NCBI GenBank assembly: GCA_044225365.1
Contig: JBGAIQ010000011.1
Coordinates: 84,782 to 148,781 of the forward strand
Length of the DNA stretch: 64,000 nt
Reading direction: 5' to 3'
From: Planctomycetota bacterium
GTDB taxonomy: Bacteria; Planctomycetota; B15-G4; JADJEK01
In this document: positions 19,652 to 29,500 of the stretch, in pieces
Numbering within the stretch: the stretch's first letter is position 1
How the letters are laid out: every line of letters starts with the position of its first letter
The notes under the pieces: generated by a model
The model's input: the letters and a program-made list of their open reading frames with translations, nothing else
Database searches by the model: none
Told to the model about the DNA's origin: nothing
Program-made: the position numbers and the translations under genes

Positions 19652-21754
19652 ATGAGACTCGTTCCGTACGTCCTCGCCCTGCCCATCGCCCTGTCCAGCG
19701 CCGCCCTCGCCGTGGACACCACGCTCCCGATCCAACGCGTCGTCCTCTACAAGCACGGAGTCGGCTACTTCGAGCGTCAGGGAACGGTGAACGGGAACAC
19801 CAACGCGACCTTGCGCTTCAAGCAGAACGAGATGGGCGACGTGCTGAAGTCGCTGACGGTGCTCGACAAGAGCGGCGGACGAGTGTCGTCGATCGCATAC
19901 GACTCGCAGAAGCCCGCGAACGAGATCCTCGCGGAATTCGCCTTCGACCTGCGGAAGAACGACATCCAGCTCGAGATGTTGAAGCAACTCCGTGGCGCTC
20001 GCGTCGCGGTCGACGTGGCGGGCCGCGGCCGCATCACGGGAGCCGTTCTCGGCGTCGACGAACGACTCCATGCCGAAGTGAAGGCGGTGCGCAAGGTGCC
20101 CATCCTCTCGCTGTTCGCGGACAGCGGCGAAGTGGTCAGCGTCGATCTCTTCGATCTCACCAGTCTCGAATTCACGGACCCGGCTCTCGCCTCGGATCTG
20201 CAACGATATCTCTCGACCCTCCGCTCGGCGCAGCGGCGAGACGAGAAGAACGTTCAGTTGGAATGCGAGGGGACGGGCGATCGCTCGATCTTCGCCTCCT
20301 ACGCGATCGAGCAGCCGGTGTGGAAGGCCACCTATCGGCTCGTGCTCCTCGACGACGGCAAGAAGCCGCTGCTCCAAGGGTGGGCGATCGTCGACAACAC
20401 TTCGGACGAGGACTGGACCGACGTCGATCTCTCCCTCATCGCGGGACTGCCGGTTTCCTTCCGGCACGACCTCTACACGCCGCGCCACGTCGAGCGGCCC
20501 TTCTTGCAGATCAAGGAGCAGGCCGTCGCCGCCCTCGGAACGACCGGCTTCCTAACGGGCGCATCGAAAGAGAAAGGTGCGATGGCGGGAGGTGCGATGG
20601 CGGCCGGAAAGAAGCTACGCTTCGCGGGCCGCGGCGGAGGCGGTCCGGGAAGCGGGAAGGACGACGATGCCGGGCTGGCGAAACCCGGTCTTGCCACCCT
20701 GGCCGAGCCCACCTCTCCGGCCCCCATGGGATTCGAGGAAGCGTTCGACGCCCAGCGCGCGGAGAGCGTGACGCGAGAGATCGGCGATCTCCTCGAGTAC
20801 GAGATCGATCACAAGGTCTCGATCCCCCGCAATCGCTCGGCATTGCTCCCGATCGTGAAGTCGGACGTCGAAGGCGAACGCGTCGCTCTGTATCGCGAGA
20901 GTGCCCGCGCCGGGAACCCACTTTCGGCGATCCGCATGAAGAACACTTCGGGCCTCGCGCTCGAAGCGGGACCGTTCACCGTCCTCGAAGGTTCGACGTA
21001 CGCTGGCGAAGCCTACGTCGATTCCCTGAAGCCGCTGGAATTGCGTTACATCCCGTTCGCGGTCGAGCTCGGCATCAAGGCCGAATCGAAGCTCGAGAGC
21101 CGGCGCGAGCGAGTGCGTCGCGTCGAGATCAAGCAAGGGGTGATGCGATCGCGCTACGACCTGCGCGACTCGAAGGTCTATACCTTCACGAGCCATGAGA
21201 AAGAACCGCGCCGGGTCATCATCGAGCATCCACGGCGTGAAGGCTTCCAGCTCCAGGAGCCGAAGCCGTTCGAGCAGGAACTCACGGTCCAACGTTTCGT
21301 CCTGGAACTGAAGCCCGACGAAACCGCGAGCGTCACCGTGATCGAGAATCTCGCACAAGAGGACACGTTTTCGATCTCTGACTTCACCGCGGATTCGATC
21401 CTGGCGTTCGAGAGCCAGGGCATCCTCAACGAAGCGTCGAAGTCGTTCTTGAATGTCGTCCTCGCGGCGAAGGCCGAGCTGATCGACCTGCAGCGAAGCG
21501 TTCAAGGCAAGGAAACCGAACTGAAGGCGATCGACACGGATCAAGGGCGCGTGCGCGGCAACCTTCGCGCGCTGCGGTCGTCTGCGGAGGAGAAGGATCT
21601 TCGCAAGACCTACCTGGATCAGTTGAAGAAGGACGAGGAGCGTTTGCGCACTCTGCGCACGGAACTCGCGACCACGCGCGCCGCGGCCGACGCGAAGAGC
21701 GTCGAGATCCAGAACCTGCTCTCCAATTTCTCGCTCGAGTACGAAGTCAAGTGA
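19652..21754 (+). CDS. Secreted DUF4139-family protein (paralog 1)
   Basis: Signal peptide; LPIQRVVLYKHGVGYFER, DVLKSLTV, WKATYRL, LQGWAIVDNTSDEDW, C-terminal coiled coil. Confidence 0.82.
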   Translation: MRLVPYVLALPIALSSAALAVDTTLPIQRVVLYKHGVGYFERQGTVNGNTNATLRFKQNEMGDVLKSLTVLDKSGGRVSSIAYDSQKPANEILAEFAFDLRKNDIQLEMLKQLRGARVAVDVAGRGRITGAVLGVDERLHAEVKAVRKVPILSLFADSGEVVSVDLFDLTSLEFTDPALASDLQRYLSTLRSAQRRDEKNVQLECEGTGDRSIFASYAIEQPVWKATYRLVLLDDGKKPLLQGWAIVDNTSDEDWTDVDLSLIAGLPVSFRHDLYTPRHVERPFLQIKEQAVAALGTTGFLTGASKEKGAMAGGAMAAGKKLRFAGRGGGGPGSGKDDDAGLAKPGLATLAEPTSPAPMGFEEAFDAQRAESVTREIGDLLEYEIDHKVSIPRNRSALLPIVKSDVEGERVALYRESARAGNPLSAIRMKNTSGLALEAGPFTVLEGSTYAGEAYVDSLKPLELRYIPFAVELGIKAESKLESRRERVRRVEIKQGVMRSRYDLRDSKVYTFTSHEKEPRRVIIEHPRREGFQLQEPKPFEQELTVQRFVLELKPDETASVTVIENLAQEDTFSISDFTADSILAFESQGILNEASKSFLNVVLAAKAELIDLQRSVQGKETELKAIDTDQGRVRGNLRALRSSAEEKDLRKTYLDQLKKDEERLRTLRTELATTRAAADAKSVEIQNLLSNFSLEYEVK

Positions 21755-21783
21755 AGCGCGGCGACGCAAACCGGAATATCCCT

Positions 21784-23862
21784 ATGAAGACCCTCACGAC
21801 GAGTCTCTGCCTCCTTGCCGCCGGCCTCTCCGCTTCCGCAGAGGACGAGGCCGCCAAGGCCACCGCGCCCGCGACATTCTCGGACAAGCTGCCGATCACC
21901 CGCGTCGTGCTCTACAAGCACGGCATCGGCTACTTCGAGCGCCAGGGCACGGTGAACGACGAAGCCCGCATCGCGCTCCGTTTCAAGCAATCCGAGATGA
22001 GCGACGTCCTCAAATCGCTCACGGTGCTCGACCGCAGCGGGGGCGCGATCGAGGCCATCGCCTACGACTCGCAGAAACCGCCCGAGATGCTGCTGTCCGA
22101 GTTCGCGTTCGACCTGCGCACGGACGATCCACAGCAATCGATGCTGTCGCAATTGCGCGGCGCGAACGTCAGCGTCGATTTCGCGGGCCGCGGAGTCGTC
22201 GCGGGATCGGTGCTCGGCATCGATTCGCGCTCGGATCGCGTCGATGGCGCCGAGATCAAGAAGCCGCGCCTGTCGTTGCTCACCTCCACAGGTCAGATCG
22301 TCAGCGGTGAACTCGACGACATCCGTTCCTTCAAGTTCGACGACGCGAAGCTCGCCTCCGAGATCTCCCGGTTCCTCGAAGTGCTGCGCTCGACGCATCG
22401 TCGCGATCAGCGCTCACTCGACCTCCTCTGCCAAGGTTCGGGACAGCGCTCGGTCTTCGCGTCGTATGCCGTCGACCAGCCGGTGTGGAAGGCGACCTAT
22501 CGCCTCGTGCTCGATGCCGGCGAGACGACGAAGAAGCCGTACCTCCAAGGTTGGGCGGTGGTCGACAACACGTCGGACGAGGACTGGACGAATGTGAAGT
22601 TGTCACTGATCGCAGGCCTTCCCGTCTCGTTCCGGCAGGATCTCTATACGCCCGAGTTCCGCAATCGCCCCACTCTCGATATCCAGGAGATCGCCGTCGC
22701 GAAGGTCCTGTTCGATTCGGAGTCGGAGGAAGACGGCGAAGAGAGGGCGAAGGACGCCCGGAAGGACGTGAAGTTCAAAGCGGGGGCATATCGGGGCGCC
22801 GGCGACGTCCAGGCTCCGGTCGGTGGCGTGGACAAGGCGTTCGGCGCGGCGTTCGAAGAAGTTCAGTCGCAATCCGTGACGCGGGAGATCGGCGATCTCT
22901 TGGAGTACTCGATCGATCATCCGGTGACGATCCCGCGCAATCGCTCGGCGCTGTTGCCGATCGTTTCGGGCGCGGTCGAAGGCAGCAAGGTGGCGCTCTA
23001 CAGCGAGCCCGCGCGCGGATCGAATCCGTTCAGTGCGATCCGTGTGAAGAACACGACCGGGCTCTCCCTCGAGAGCGGGCCGCTCACCGTCCTCGAAGGA
23101 GAGACCTATGCCGGAGAGGCCATGCTGGCCTCCCTCAAGCCGAACGAACTGCGTTACATCCCGTACGCCGTCGATCTCGGGGTGAAGGCGACGACGAAGC
23201 TCGATTCGAAGACTGAGAACGTGTTCAAGGTCGCGTTCTCGAACGGAATCATGATCGCGAGTCGCTACGCGATCGAAACCAAGACCTACTCCTTCGACAA
23301 CAAGAACTCGCAGGCGCGAACGGTCGTCGTCGAGCACGCTCGCCGGATGGGCCTCGAACTTCGCTCACCGAAGGCGACCGAGACCGAACTCGACCGCTAC
23401 CGATTCGAAATCGCGATTCCCGCGCTCGAGACGAAGGCGATCTCCGTGGTCGAAGCCTGGCCGACGAACGAGCAGTTCTCGATCGGATCGGTCTCCGAGG
23501 AACAGCTCAGTCTCTTCGTCGATCGCAAGATGCTGAACGACGCAACGCTCGCGTTCTTGAAGGAAGTGGTCGCGGCGCGTGTGGCAATCTCGAAGCTCGA
23601 CGCAGCCGTCGCCCTGCACGACAAGGAACTCGCCGAGATCCACTCCGACGAGGACCGCCTACGCAAGAACCGCGAGGCTCTCGGCGACTCCCAGGAAGAG
23701 AAGGAGCTGGTAAAGCTGTACGTCGACCAGCTTCGAGCCAACGAAGCTCGGGTTCAGGCCCTGTCGAAGCAACTCGTCGAGCTTCGCCAATCTCGGACGG
23801 ACGCACAGAACGCTCTCGACAAGAAGGTTCGCGAGTTCGCGATCGAGTACGTCCTGCCCTGA
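21784..23862 (+). CDS. Secreted DUF4139-family protein (paralog 2)
   Basis: Same motif series (LPITRVVLYKHGIGYFER, WKATYRL, LQGWAVVDNTSDEDW, IPRNRSALLPIV). Confidence 0.82.
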   Translation: MKTLTTSLCLLAAGLSASAEDEAAKATAPATFSDKLPITRVVLYKHGIGYFERQGTVNDEARIALRFKQSEMSDVLKSLTVLDRSGGAIEAIAYDSQKPPEMLLSEFAFDLRTDDPQQSMLSQLRGANVSVDFAGRGVVAGSVLGIDSRSDRVDGAEIKKPRLSLLTSTGQIVSGELDDIRSFKFDDAKLASEISRFLEVLRSTHRRDQRSLDLLCQGSGQRSVFASYAVDQPVWKATYRLVLDAGETTKKPYLQGWAVVDNTSDEDWTNVKLSLIAGLPVSFRQDLYTPEFRNRPTLDIQEIAVAKVLFDSESEEDGEERAKDARKDVKFKAGAYRGAGDVQAPVGGVDKAFGAAFEEVQSQSVTREIGDLLEYSIDHPVTIPRNRSALLPIVSGAVEGSKVALYSEPARGSNPFSAIRVKNTTGLSLESGPLTVLEGETYAGEAMLASLKPNELRYIPYAVDLGVKATTKLDSKTENVFKVAFSNGIMIASRYAIETKTYSFDNKNSQARTVVVEHARRMGLELRSPKATETELDRYRFEIAIPALETKAISVVEAWPTNEQFSIGSVSEEQLSLFVDRKMLNDATLAFLKEVVAARVAISKLDAAVALHDKELAEIHSDEDRLRKNREALGDSQEEKELVKLYVDQLRANEARVQALSKQLVELRQSRTDAQNALDKKVREFAIEYVLP

Positions 23863-23869
23863 GCGACGG

Positions 23870-24400
23870 TCAGCGCGGTTCCGTGAAAGGCGCGAAGGCG
23901 ACGCTGTCCTTCGTCTTCGCGTAATGCTCGAGCGACCACTTCACGGTCGGGAAGGCGAGATCATCCCACGGAATGCAGTCCCAGTCGAACAGCTCGACAG
24001 CCTGGCTCTCGATTCCGGCTGCGAATTCCGGTTTCGCGAGATGCGCGCGATAGATCAGGTGGACTTGGTTGAGACGCGCGATCGAGTAGATGCCGAGCAA
24101 GGCCTCGATCGTGATCTCGGCGCCGGCTTCTTCGAGTGCTTCGCGCCTTGCGCCGTCGTCCGCGCTCTCGCCGGCTTCCATGAAGCCCGCCGGCATCGTC
24201 CAGTAACCGCGACGCGGCTCGATGTCGCGGCGACACAGGAGCAGCTTGCCTTCGTGATGGACGACTGCGCCGACGACGATCACCGGATTGACGTAGTGGA
24301 CCCAACCGCAATCGGTGCAGACGAGCCGTTCCTTGTCGTCGCCCGCCGGCACCTGACGCAGGAAGCGGAATCTTCCGCCATCGTGGGGGTCATTGCTCAT
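23870..24400 (-). CDS. NUDIX hydrolase with N-terminal zinc-ribbon-like region
   Basis: [15 protein letters not shown]; Nudix box [22 protein letters not shown]. Confidence 0.92.
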   Translation of the reverse strand: MSNDPHDGGRFRFLRQVPAGDDKERLVCTDCGWVHYVNPVIVVGAVVHHEGKLLLCRRDIEPRRGYWTMPAGFMEAGESADDGARREALEEAGAEITIEALLGIYSIARLNQVHLIYRAHLAKPEFAAGIESQAVELFDWDCIPWDDLAFPTVKWSLEHYAKTKDSVAFAPFTEPR

Positions 24401-24590
24401 GGCACGTCATCTTCGCACGGGCCTCGATCGTTCGCTGTCCACGCCGATGAGAAAGAAATAGCTCCGTCCGGCGGAATTCCCGGATCGCCGATTGCGGGAG
24501 CGGTGTCTCAGCGCCCGAAGTGCAGTTAGTATGAACCGTCGCTGCGGGCTCCATTTCCCGCAGCTGCGAATGCGATCCAAGGAGTTTCCC

Positions 24591-24788
24591 ATGAAGCGCT
24601 CGATCTTCGTCCTCGCAGGTGTTCTCGCTCTCGTCGCAACCGGCTGCACGAACAAAGCGGTCACCAAGGCGGATCAGGCCGCTCCCACGGCGACCGCCGA
24701 CGGCAAGGCACCGTGCTGCGAAACCGGCAAGGACGCTGCCTGCTGCGCCGAAGGTAAGGAAGGCGCCTGCTGCGACGAGAAGAAGTGA
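24591..24788 (+). CDS. Small Cys-Cys-rich lipoprotein (65 aa)
   Basis: AAGGAG RBS; lipobox VATGC; three CC pairs in the C-terminal tail (PCC, ACC, ACC). Confidence 0.8.
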   Translation: MKRSIFVLAGVLALVATGCTNKAVTKADQAAPTATADGKAPCCETGKDAACCAEGKEGACCDEKK

Positions 24789-24793
24789 TCCGC

Positions 24794-24868
24794 ACTGGGA
24801 CCGCCGCGCTCATGTGACTGGGAGCGCCGGGCTCATGTGACTGGGAGCGCCGGGCTCCAGCCCGGCAT
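24794..24868. repeat. Three 23-bp direct repeats ending in a REP-like hairpin
   Basis: ACTGGGA(C/G)CGCCG(C/G)GCTC starts at 24794, 24817, 24840; the last copy continues as GCCGGGCTCCAGCCCGGC. Confidence 0.75.
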
Positions 24869-24934
24869 CGGGATGGATGCTGTCCTAAAGCAGCGTGTTC
24901 TATCCTACTTGAAGTGCCGGGCTGGCCCCCGCCC

Positions 24935-25567
24935 TCACGACCCCGGGATGGCTTCCGCCGCGAAGGCCTGCTTCTGGCCCGCGTAGCTCGGTTCCTTGTA
25001 GGCCTTCACGATTTCCGCGGCGGCGAGCCGCCACGCCGTGAGCGGGCCCGCGTGATCACCGTTCACCACGGACGCGCCGGTCTTCACCGCGCCCGTCCAG
25101 AGCACCCGTCCATTCTTCGGGTCGATCGCGCGACAGGTCACGAGCAGCCCGCTCTCACCCTTCACGCCGCCTGGCGCGGGCGCGAGCGTCGTCGAGGACT
25201 CGACGAGCGCGCCGACGATCAGGACACGCGCGAGGGTCACCGACCCGAGATCGCTCCTCAGCGTGTTGAGATCGAGTTCTTCGGAGTTGCGCGCGCCGAT
25301 CTCACGTTCGTCGATTGCCGCACGAAGCGTCGATCGCTCGACGGCGTGGATCTTCGCCTTCATGAACTCCTGAGCGAGCAGATCCGAGAATGCGGGACCG
25401 CCCATGCCTTCGAAGTCGAGGACGGCGATGCGGTCGGTCGGGCCGACGGGCGCGACGCCCGATGACGTGAAGCTCGACTGGATGCCCGCGAGGTCCGCGG
25501 CGCACGAGAAACCGAAGGCGGGGATCAAGACGAGGAGACCGCGGAGGAAACCGTTCGATCGAATCAT
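24935..25567 (-). CDS. Putative lipoprotein, CsgG/HfaB-like fold
   Basis: RIAVLDFEG, AVERSTLRAAIDE, RAIDPKNGRVLW; FGFSC possible lipobox; AAGGAG RBS. Confidence 0.65.
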   Translation of the reverse strand: MIRSNGFLRGLLVLIPAFGFSCAADLAGIQSSFTSSGVAPVGPTDRIAVLDFEGMGGPAFSDLLAQEFMKAKIHAVERSTLRAAIDEREIGARNSEELDLNTLRSDLGSVTLARVLIVGALVESSTTLAPAPGGVKGESGLLVTCRAIDPKNGRVLWTGAVKTGASVVNGDHAGPLTAWRLAAAEIVKAYKEPSYAGQKQAFAAEAIPGS

Positions 25568-25580
25568 GTTCGAATCTCCT

Positions 25581-26507
25581 TCAGCGCGCCTTCGATCCTG
25601 CGATCGAATCGACGAGTTGATTCGCGAGCGATGAGACTTCGGCGAGCTCGGAGATCGCCGCCCCGCCATTCTCCGACTCGAGCAATCCGGTGAGCCCGGA
25701 CGGATGATCGGAACAGCCGTACGCGTTCCCGATCCACACGATCTCGCCCGTCTTCACGTCGATCACGCGCACCGAGAGGCCGAGCGCGACTCGAACGTGC
25801 ACGTCGTGCCACACGGGATTCGCGATCGAAAGCGTCCCGCGCTCCCTTGCCGTGATGAGTTCCGAACTCTCGTTCGCGAGCAGAACGATCGGTGCGATGA
25901 GGACGCACAGCGGAAGAGTCGCTGGCTTCACTGAGAAGTCGTAATCGACGGCGTCGACGATCGGATTCCCCACGACGACGTAGTCGCACGGGAGCATCTC
26001 CACCCCGAACTGCTCCTTGCGGCGTTCGGCGTTGAGGAGTGGATCGTCTTCGCCGTTGAGGCGTTGTTCCCCGAGCACGCGAGCAATGCGCTCGCGCTCG
26101 ACGACTTCGACCTTGTGGGCGAGCAACGCCGCCGCGAACGCGTGGTGGAACAGTTCGGAGCGCGCCGCGCGAATATCCGCCGAACTCGATCGCGCATCCG
26201 CGTCGAGGAGATCACCGAGCCTGCGGAAATCCGCAAGGCGCCGCTGCTCGGCCGCTCTCTGCGTCTCGCCCGCTGCGGGCGGGGTCGGCCGCAAGGCAAG
26301 CGCATCGGGGAGGCGATACGCGACGGAATCGTCGAAGGACAGGATCGCTACGCGCTTGCCCTTCACCCCCTCGAAACCTGCCGCGACGTACGATGTCGCG
26401 CCGTCCGCCTTGGGTTGGGGGCTCGCGTTCTGGCACCCTGCGAGCAGGGTCGCCGCGCCGATCGCGAGAGCGGTCGCCGCGATGCCGCGGCTCCGAGGTG
26501 GTCTCAT
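25581..26507 (-). CDS. Lipoprotein, CsgG/HfaB-like fold
   Basis: LLAGC lipobox; RVAILSFD, VVERERIARVLGEQ, RVIDVKTGEIVW. Alternative GTG start at 26546 overlaps the kinase stop. Confidence 0.7.
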   Translation of the reverse strand: MRPPRSRGIAATALAIGAATLLAGCQNASPQPKADGATSYVAAGFEGVKGKRVAILSFDDSVAYRLPDALALRPTPPAAGETQRAAEQRRLADFRRLGDLLDADARSSSADIRAARSELFHHAFAAALLAHKVEVVERERIARVLGEQRLNGEDDPLLNAERRKEQFGVEMLPCDYVVVGNPIVDAVDYDFSVKPATLPLCVLIAPIVLLANESSELITARERGTLSIANPVWHDVHVRVALGLSVRVIDVKTGEIVWIGNAYGCSDHPSGLTGLLESENGGAAISELAEVSSLANQLVDSIAGSKAR

Positions 26508-26542
26508 CGTCCTACTCTTCTCCGAGGGTCCAATCGCCGCGG

Positions 26543-29500
26543 TCACGGTGTGACCACGACGCGAAATCCGATCGTATCCGGGTATTCGCTGCGCAGAACC
26601 GAAGTGCGAGTCGCGCAGCTCGTCGCGTCCGGATTCGACTTCCAGTGCCCGCCACGGACGACGCGTGATTCGGGATCGACTCCGTCGCCTCCCGTCACGA
26701 GCGGATCGCGGAACGCGTCGGCGCCGGCGAACGGATTCGCCGAATAGGCGTCGGCGCACCACTCGGCGGCGTTGCCCACGGTGTCGAACAGCAGGTTCGC
26801 GTTGAAGCCGTACTTCTTGAAGGTCCCGACCGGTGCGAGGTACGTGATTCCGTCATCGAAGTCGAAGGCGCCATACATGAGCTCGCGACGTACTGCCTTC
26901 GTCGCCGGCCCGAGCACGTTCTCGCGATCCTTCAGATCCGAACGAGCATCGCCCCACCAGTACGGACCCGGCGAGCCCGCGCGCGCGGCGAATTCCCACT
27001 CGGCCTCGGTCGGCAGGCGAATGCCGTCGCCGGCCCACTTGCAGAATCGCTCGGCCTGCTCAGCGCGCACGCGCACGACGGGATACGAATCGCCGTACTC
27101 GATTCCCTTGCCGAACGGACTCGCGAGGGGGAACTCGTCGCCCTCGGCATGGAACGGATCGTCTTTCGCCTCGACGAAGCGACGGAACTGTCCGACGGTC
27201 GTCTCGTAGCGCGCGATGTAGAACGACTTCGAGATCGTGACGCGAGGAGTCGTCGCGTTGGGAGCCGCGAGGCTCGGGACGAACGAGCCGGGCTCGATCA
27301 GTGCGAATTCGATTCCGGACTTCTGGTGCCGCACGACCTTCGCGAGGCCCGAAACACCGCGACGCGGAACGATCACCTCGAAACCCTCGGGGCAACCCGG
27401 CGCGAAGCTCGCTCGGCGTTCGAGCGCGTGCCGGCGCGGATTGTTCGGAGCGATCTCGGCGAGCACGGTGAGCGCGGTCGTCACCACTTTCTGCGAGTAA
27501 CCCGGCGAAGGGCCGTCGATCCGGGCGACGAGTTCGTCCTCGAGACTGCGCTCCGCGGTTTCGATCGCCGCATGCGCCGCTCCGGATGCTCGAATCGCCG
27601 CGCTCGGCCGTCGTGCCGCGAGCGCCGCGTCGGCCATCGAAAGATCCTCGCGTGCCGAGTCGATCCTGCCCTTCACGACGTCGGGCAGCGGGAACGCGGC
27701 GGCAACGAGGCCGATTCGTTGTTCGAGGGCCTTGAACGCGTCGTGGGCTTCGTTCGCCGCGCGAGCTGCGTCGGCCTCGCTCTTGCTCTGGTTGCCACGA
27801 AGGGCGTCGAGCTGCTCCGCTTGGAGACCGAGCGATTCGAGCAGCGCGAATCGCCGATCGGAGAGTTCACCGGCGTGCTCGGCGTCGGATTGCGAGGCGA
27901 GCACGATCGCTTCCCGCAGGTCGTTCGCGAGCGCGACGGCTTCGTTCGCGAGTGAGTCGAAATCGTTGCGTCCGTCGCCCTTCATCGAAGGCAGATCCGA
28001 GTGCAGCTTCTCCAGTCGGCTGCGGTGCGCTTTCATGCGTTGCTCGAGCGCCTGGAACGTTTCGGACTCGACGAGCCCCTTCGCCGCGGTGAGCTTCTGT
28101 TCGCTCGAAGCCAGGGTCCCCTCCGCGCTGCGGCGTGCCGCGAACAACGGCCCGCTCTCGGAGAGCGTCGTTTCGAGCGCCGACAGTTTCGCCTTCACCG
28201 TTTCGATCGAACGATCGACTTCGAGAAGCTCGTCCTTCGTCGTCGTACGATCGATCGTGCGGCGCGTCGTTTCGATCTCCGAATCGACCGCGTCGAGCGC
28301 CGCCTTCACCTGCGCCGTGCGCTCCGCCTCGGCCGAATGCGAGGCTTCCTTGAACGACCCGAGGGCGGTGCGCAGGCTCTCGCTCTGGCGGGCGAGTTCT
28401 TCGATCGGGACCCGTCGCGCGTTCTGCTCGCGATTGAACTCTTCGACGAGTTTGCTGGCGTCGGCGAGATTGATCGTCGGCGCGCTCGTGCCGTCGCTGT
28501 TTCGAACCGGAGCGACCGGGCTCTTCAGTCCGAGCCAGTTCTCCACGCGATCGCGCTGCCACCATGCCGCGCCGCCGGCCGCGAGGACGAGGAAGAGGAT
28601 CGTCGCGAGGACCTTCGCGAGGCCGCTCGAGCCCTGCGCCATCGAGGTCGGCTCGATCTGCGCGAGCATCTCCTCGACGGATTGGTAGCGCTTGCTCGGC
28701 TCTTCCTCGAGACACCGCAGGATGACTGGGCGGATCTCCTGCGGAATCTTCTCGGGATCGATCGCGACGGGTTTCATGCCCGTGAGCAGGTGGTATAGCG
28801 TCTTGCCGAGCGAGAAGATGTCGGAGCGCTGATCCGCAGCATGCGCATCGACCCACTGCTCGGGCGCCATGTAGAGCAGCGTGCCGGCGGCTCCGCGCGT
28901 CGACGAGACCGAATGCTCGTCCGTCGCGCGCACGAGTCCGAAGTCCGCGAGCTTCGGCTCGCCGCCTTCCGTGAGGAGGATGTTGTGCGGCTTGATGTCG
29001 CGATGCACCACACCCTTGCTGTGCGCGTAGCCGAGCGCGGCGCCGATCTTGCGCGCGACGTTCAACGTCTCGTAGACGCTGAGCTTGCCCGTCGCCTTCA
29101 CCTTGTCCATGAGCGAGCCGCCCGCGGCCCACTCGAGCACGAGGTAATCGCCCTCGTCGTCGCGCGCCGGCTGCAAGAGCTGCAGGATGTGCGGGTGCGA
29201 GAGCTTCGCGATCGACATCGCTTCGCGATGGAAGCGAACGATCACGTTGGGATCGAGTTGCTGCTGGGCGTGGATGCGCTTGATCGCGACGTAACGCCCG
29301 GTCGCGCGTTCGACCGCTTTGTGCACGCTGCCCATGCCGCCCATCATCGGATCGCCGACGATCTCGTAGAGTTCGTCCGCGGGGCGGAACGGGAAGCTCG
29401 CGCTGCGCGATTCGCCGAGGCTCCCCGAGCCAGAGCCGGTTCGCCCCGCCTTGCTGCTTCGCCCGGGATCGAGGCCGTCGCCGTTCGATCGCGGAGTCGA

